The notes under the pieces were generated by a model, which saw only the letters and a program-made list of their open reading frames with translations, was not told the origin of the DNA and searched no databases. A DNA stretch of 64,000 bases from Octopus vulgaris (lineage: Eukaryota), in contig OX597817.1 in assembly GCA_951406725.2 (NCBI GenBank), positions 164,238,001-164,302,000 on the forward strand, written 5' to 3'. This document shows, piece after piece, positions 63,151-64,000 of this stretch. Positions within the stretch are counted from its first letter, which is position 1. Each line of letters opens with the position of its first letter. The translations under genes were made by a program, and so were the position numbers.

Positions 63151-64000
63151 ATATATAATCAATAGGACATAGACAGGTTCACTAATTTAACGAATATGAT
63201 TTCACTAAAAATTTTTAGAGTAGCAAACCAGTGCATTTTTAGAAGAATCATCAGAGCATGGAGAATCTAAAAATCAATGTTGTTAATTGCTGTGTTGTGC
63301 ATGACCGACATATGAGATATTCAAAATGGCAGCCTTAAATACATATCTTGAACAATTTTCGTATCTACCCAATTTCCAAACATAATCCTAAATCTGTAAA
63401 TCCTAAATTTTCTGGATCAAAGAATTCAATAAATGCCTCAAAATAGAGGCATTTATATCAAAATAGAATTATAGAAAAGCAATTGAAAACAATTGTCTTT
63501 ATATTTTTGATAAAACCGTATAATACAATACATGTTGCAAGCCCTCTAAAGCACAAAATTTGTCTCAACAAATTCACCTAGCCCATACAAACATGGAAAA
63601 GTAAACATCAAAATGGTGATAACAATAATGATATATATATGTATATATATTTGGTTATTTATAAAGTAAAACTATAAGAGTGATAACATTTTCTTTAATC
63701 ATAGAGTATTTAAATTATAAGACACCTGAGTTAGGAACATTTTTCTTTCTCCAGATACGCTTCATATTATCAAATAATAATTAAAAAAAAGCAATTAATA
63801 GTTTACAGCCAAAATAGTGGTTTCAAATTTTGACACAGGGCCAATAATTTCAAGGGAGCTAAACCATTTTTTGTCAGCTTCCACCAGTGCTGAGTACCAA
63901 TGCTTAGCTGGTACTTGTTTCATTGACCCCAAGAAAGAGGAAAGGCAAAGTTGACCTTTGCAGAACTTAAATTCAGAACGTAAAGACAGATGAAATGTTA

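Overview
AT-rich, repeat-dense eukaryotic genomic DNA, most likely octopus. This is inferred from the SINE/RTE repeat families and microsatellite load. I reconstructed three spliced protein-coding genes by hand, checking splice sites and phases. (1) ZC3HC1/NIPA exons 1-3 lie on the minus strand (ATG at 12562, gene runs off the left edge), and intron 2 is a textbook U12 minor-spliceosome GT-AG intron. (2) A complete 10-exon KLHDC10 lies on the plus strand (12858-46067, 1131 nt CDS, 376 aa), head-to-head with ZC3HC1 with only about 295 bp between the start codons. This recalls the ZC3HC1-KLHDC10 pair on human 7q32. (3) The last two coding exons of NAMPT lie on the minus strand. Introns hold a near-intact RTE-clade LINE (APE + RT + PHD finger, broken by one extra A), many RTE 3'-tail copies, tRNA-derived SINEs, mariner, piggyBac-like, Merlin-like and Helitron non-autonomous elements, and CR1 and Penelope RT relics. 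The most notable non-annotated signals are minimal hammerhead ribozymes of the Penelope type, including a head-to-head pair locked in a 169-bp palindrome, and a recurrent putative H-type pseudoknot module arrayed in the RTE 3' UTR. Homology calls rest on my recall of family motifs, not on database searches. Most short ORFs in the supplied track are repeat artefacts.
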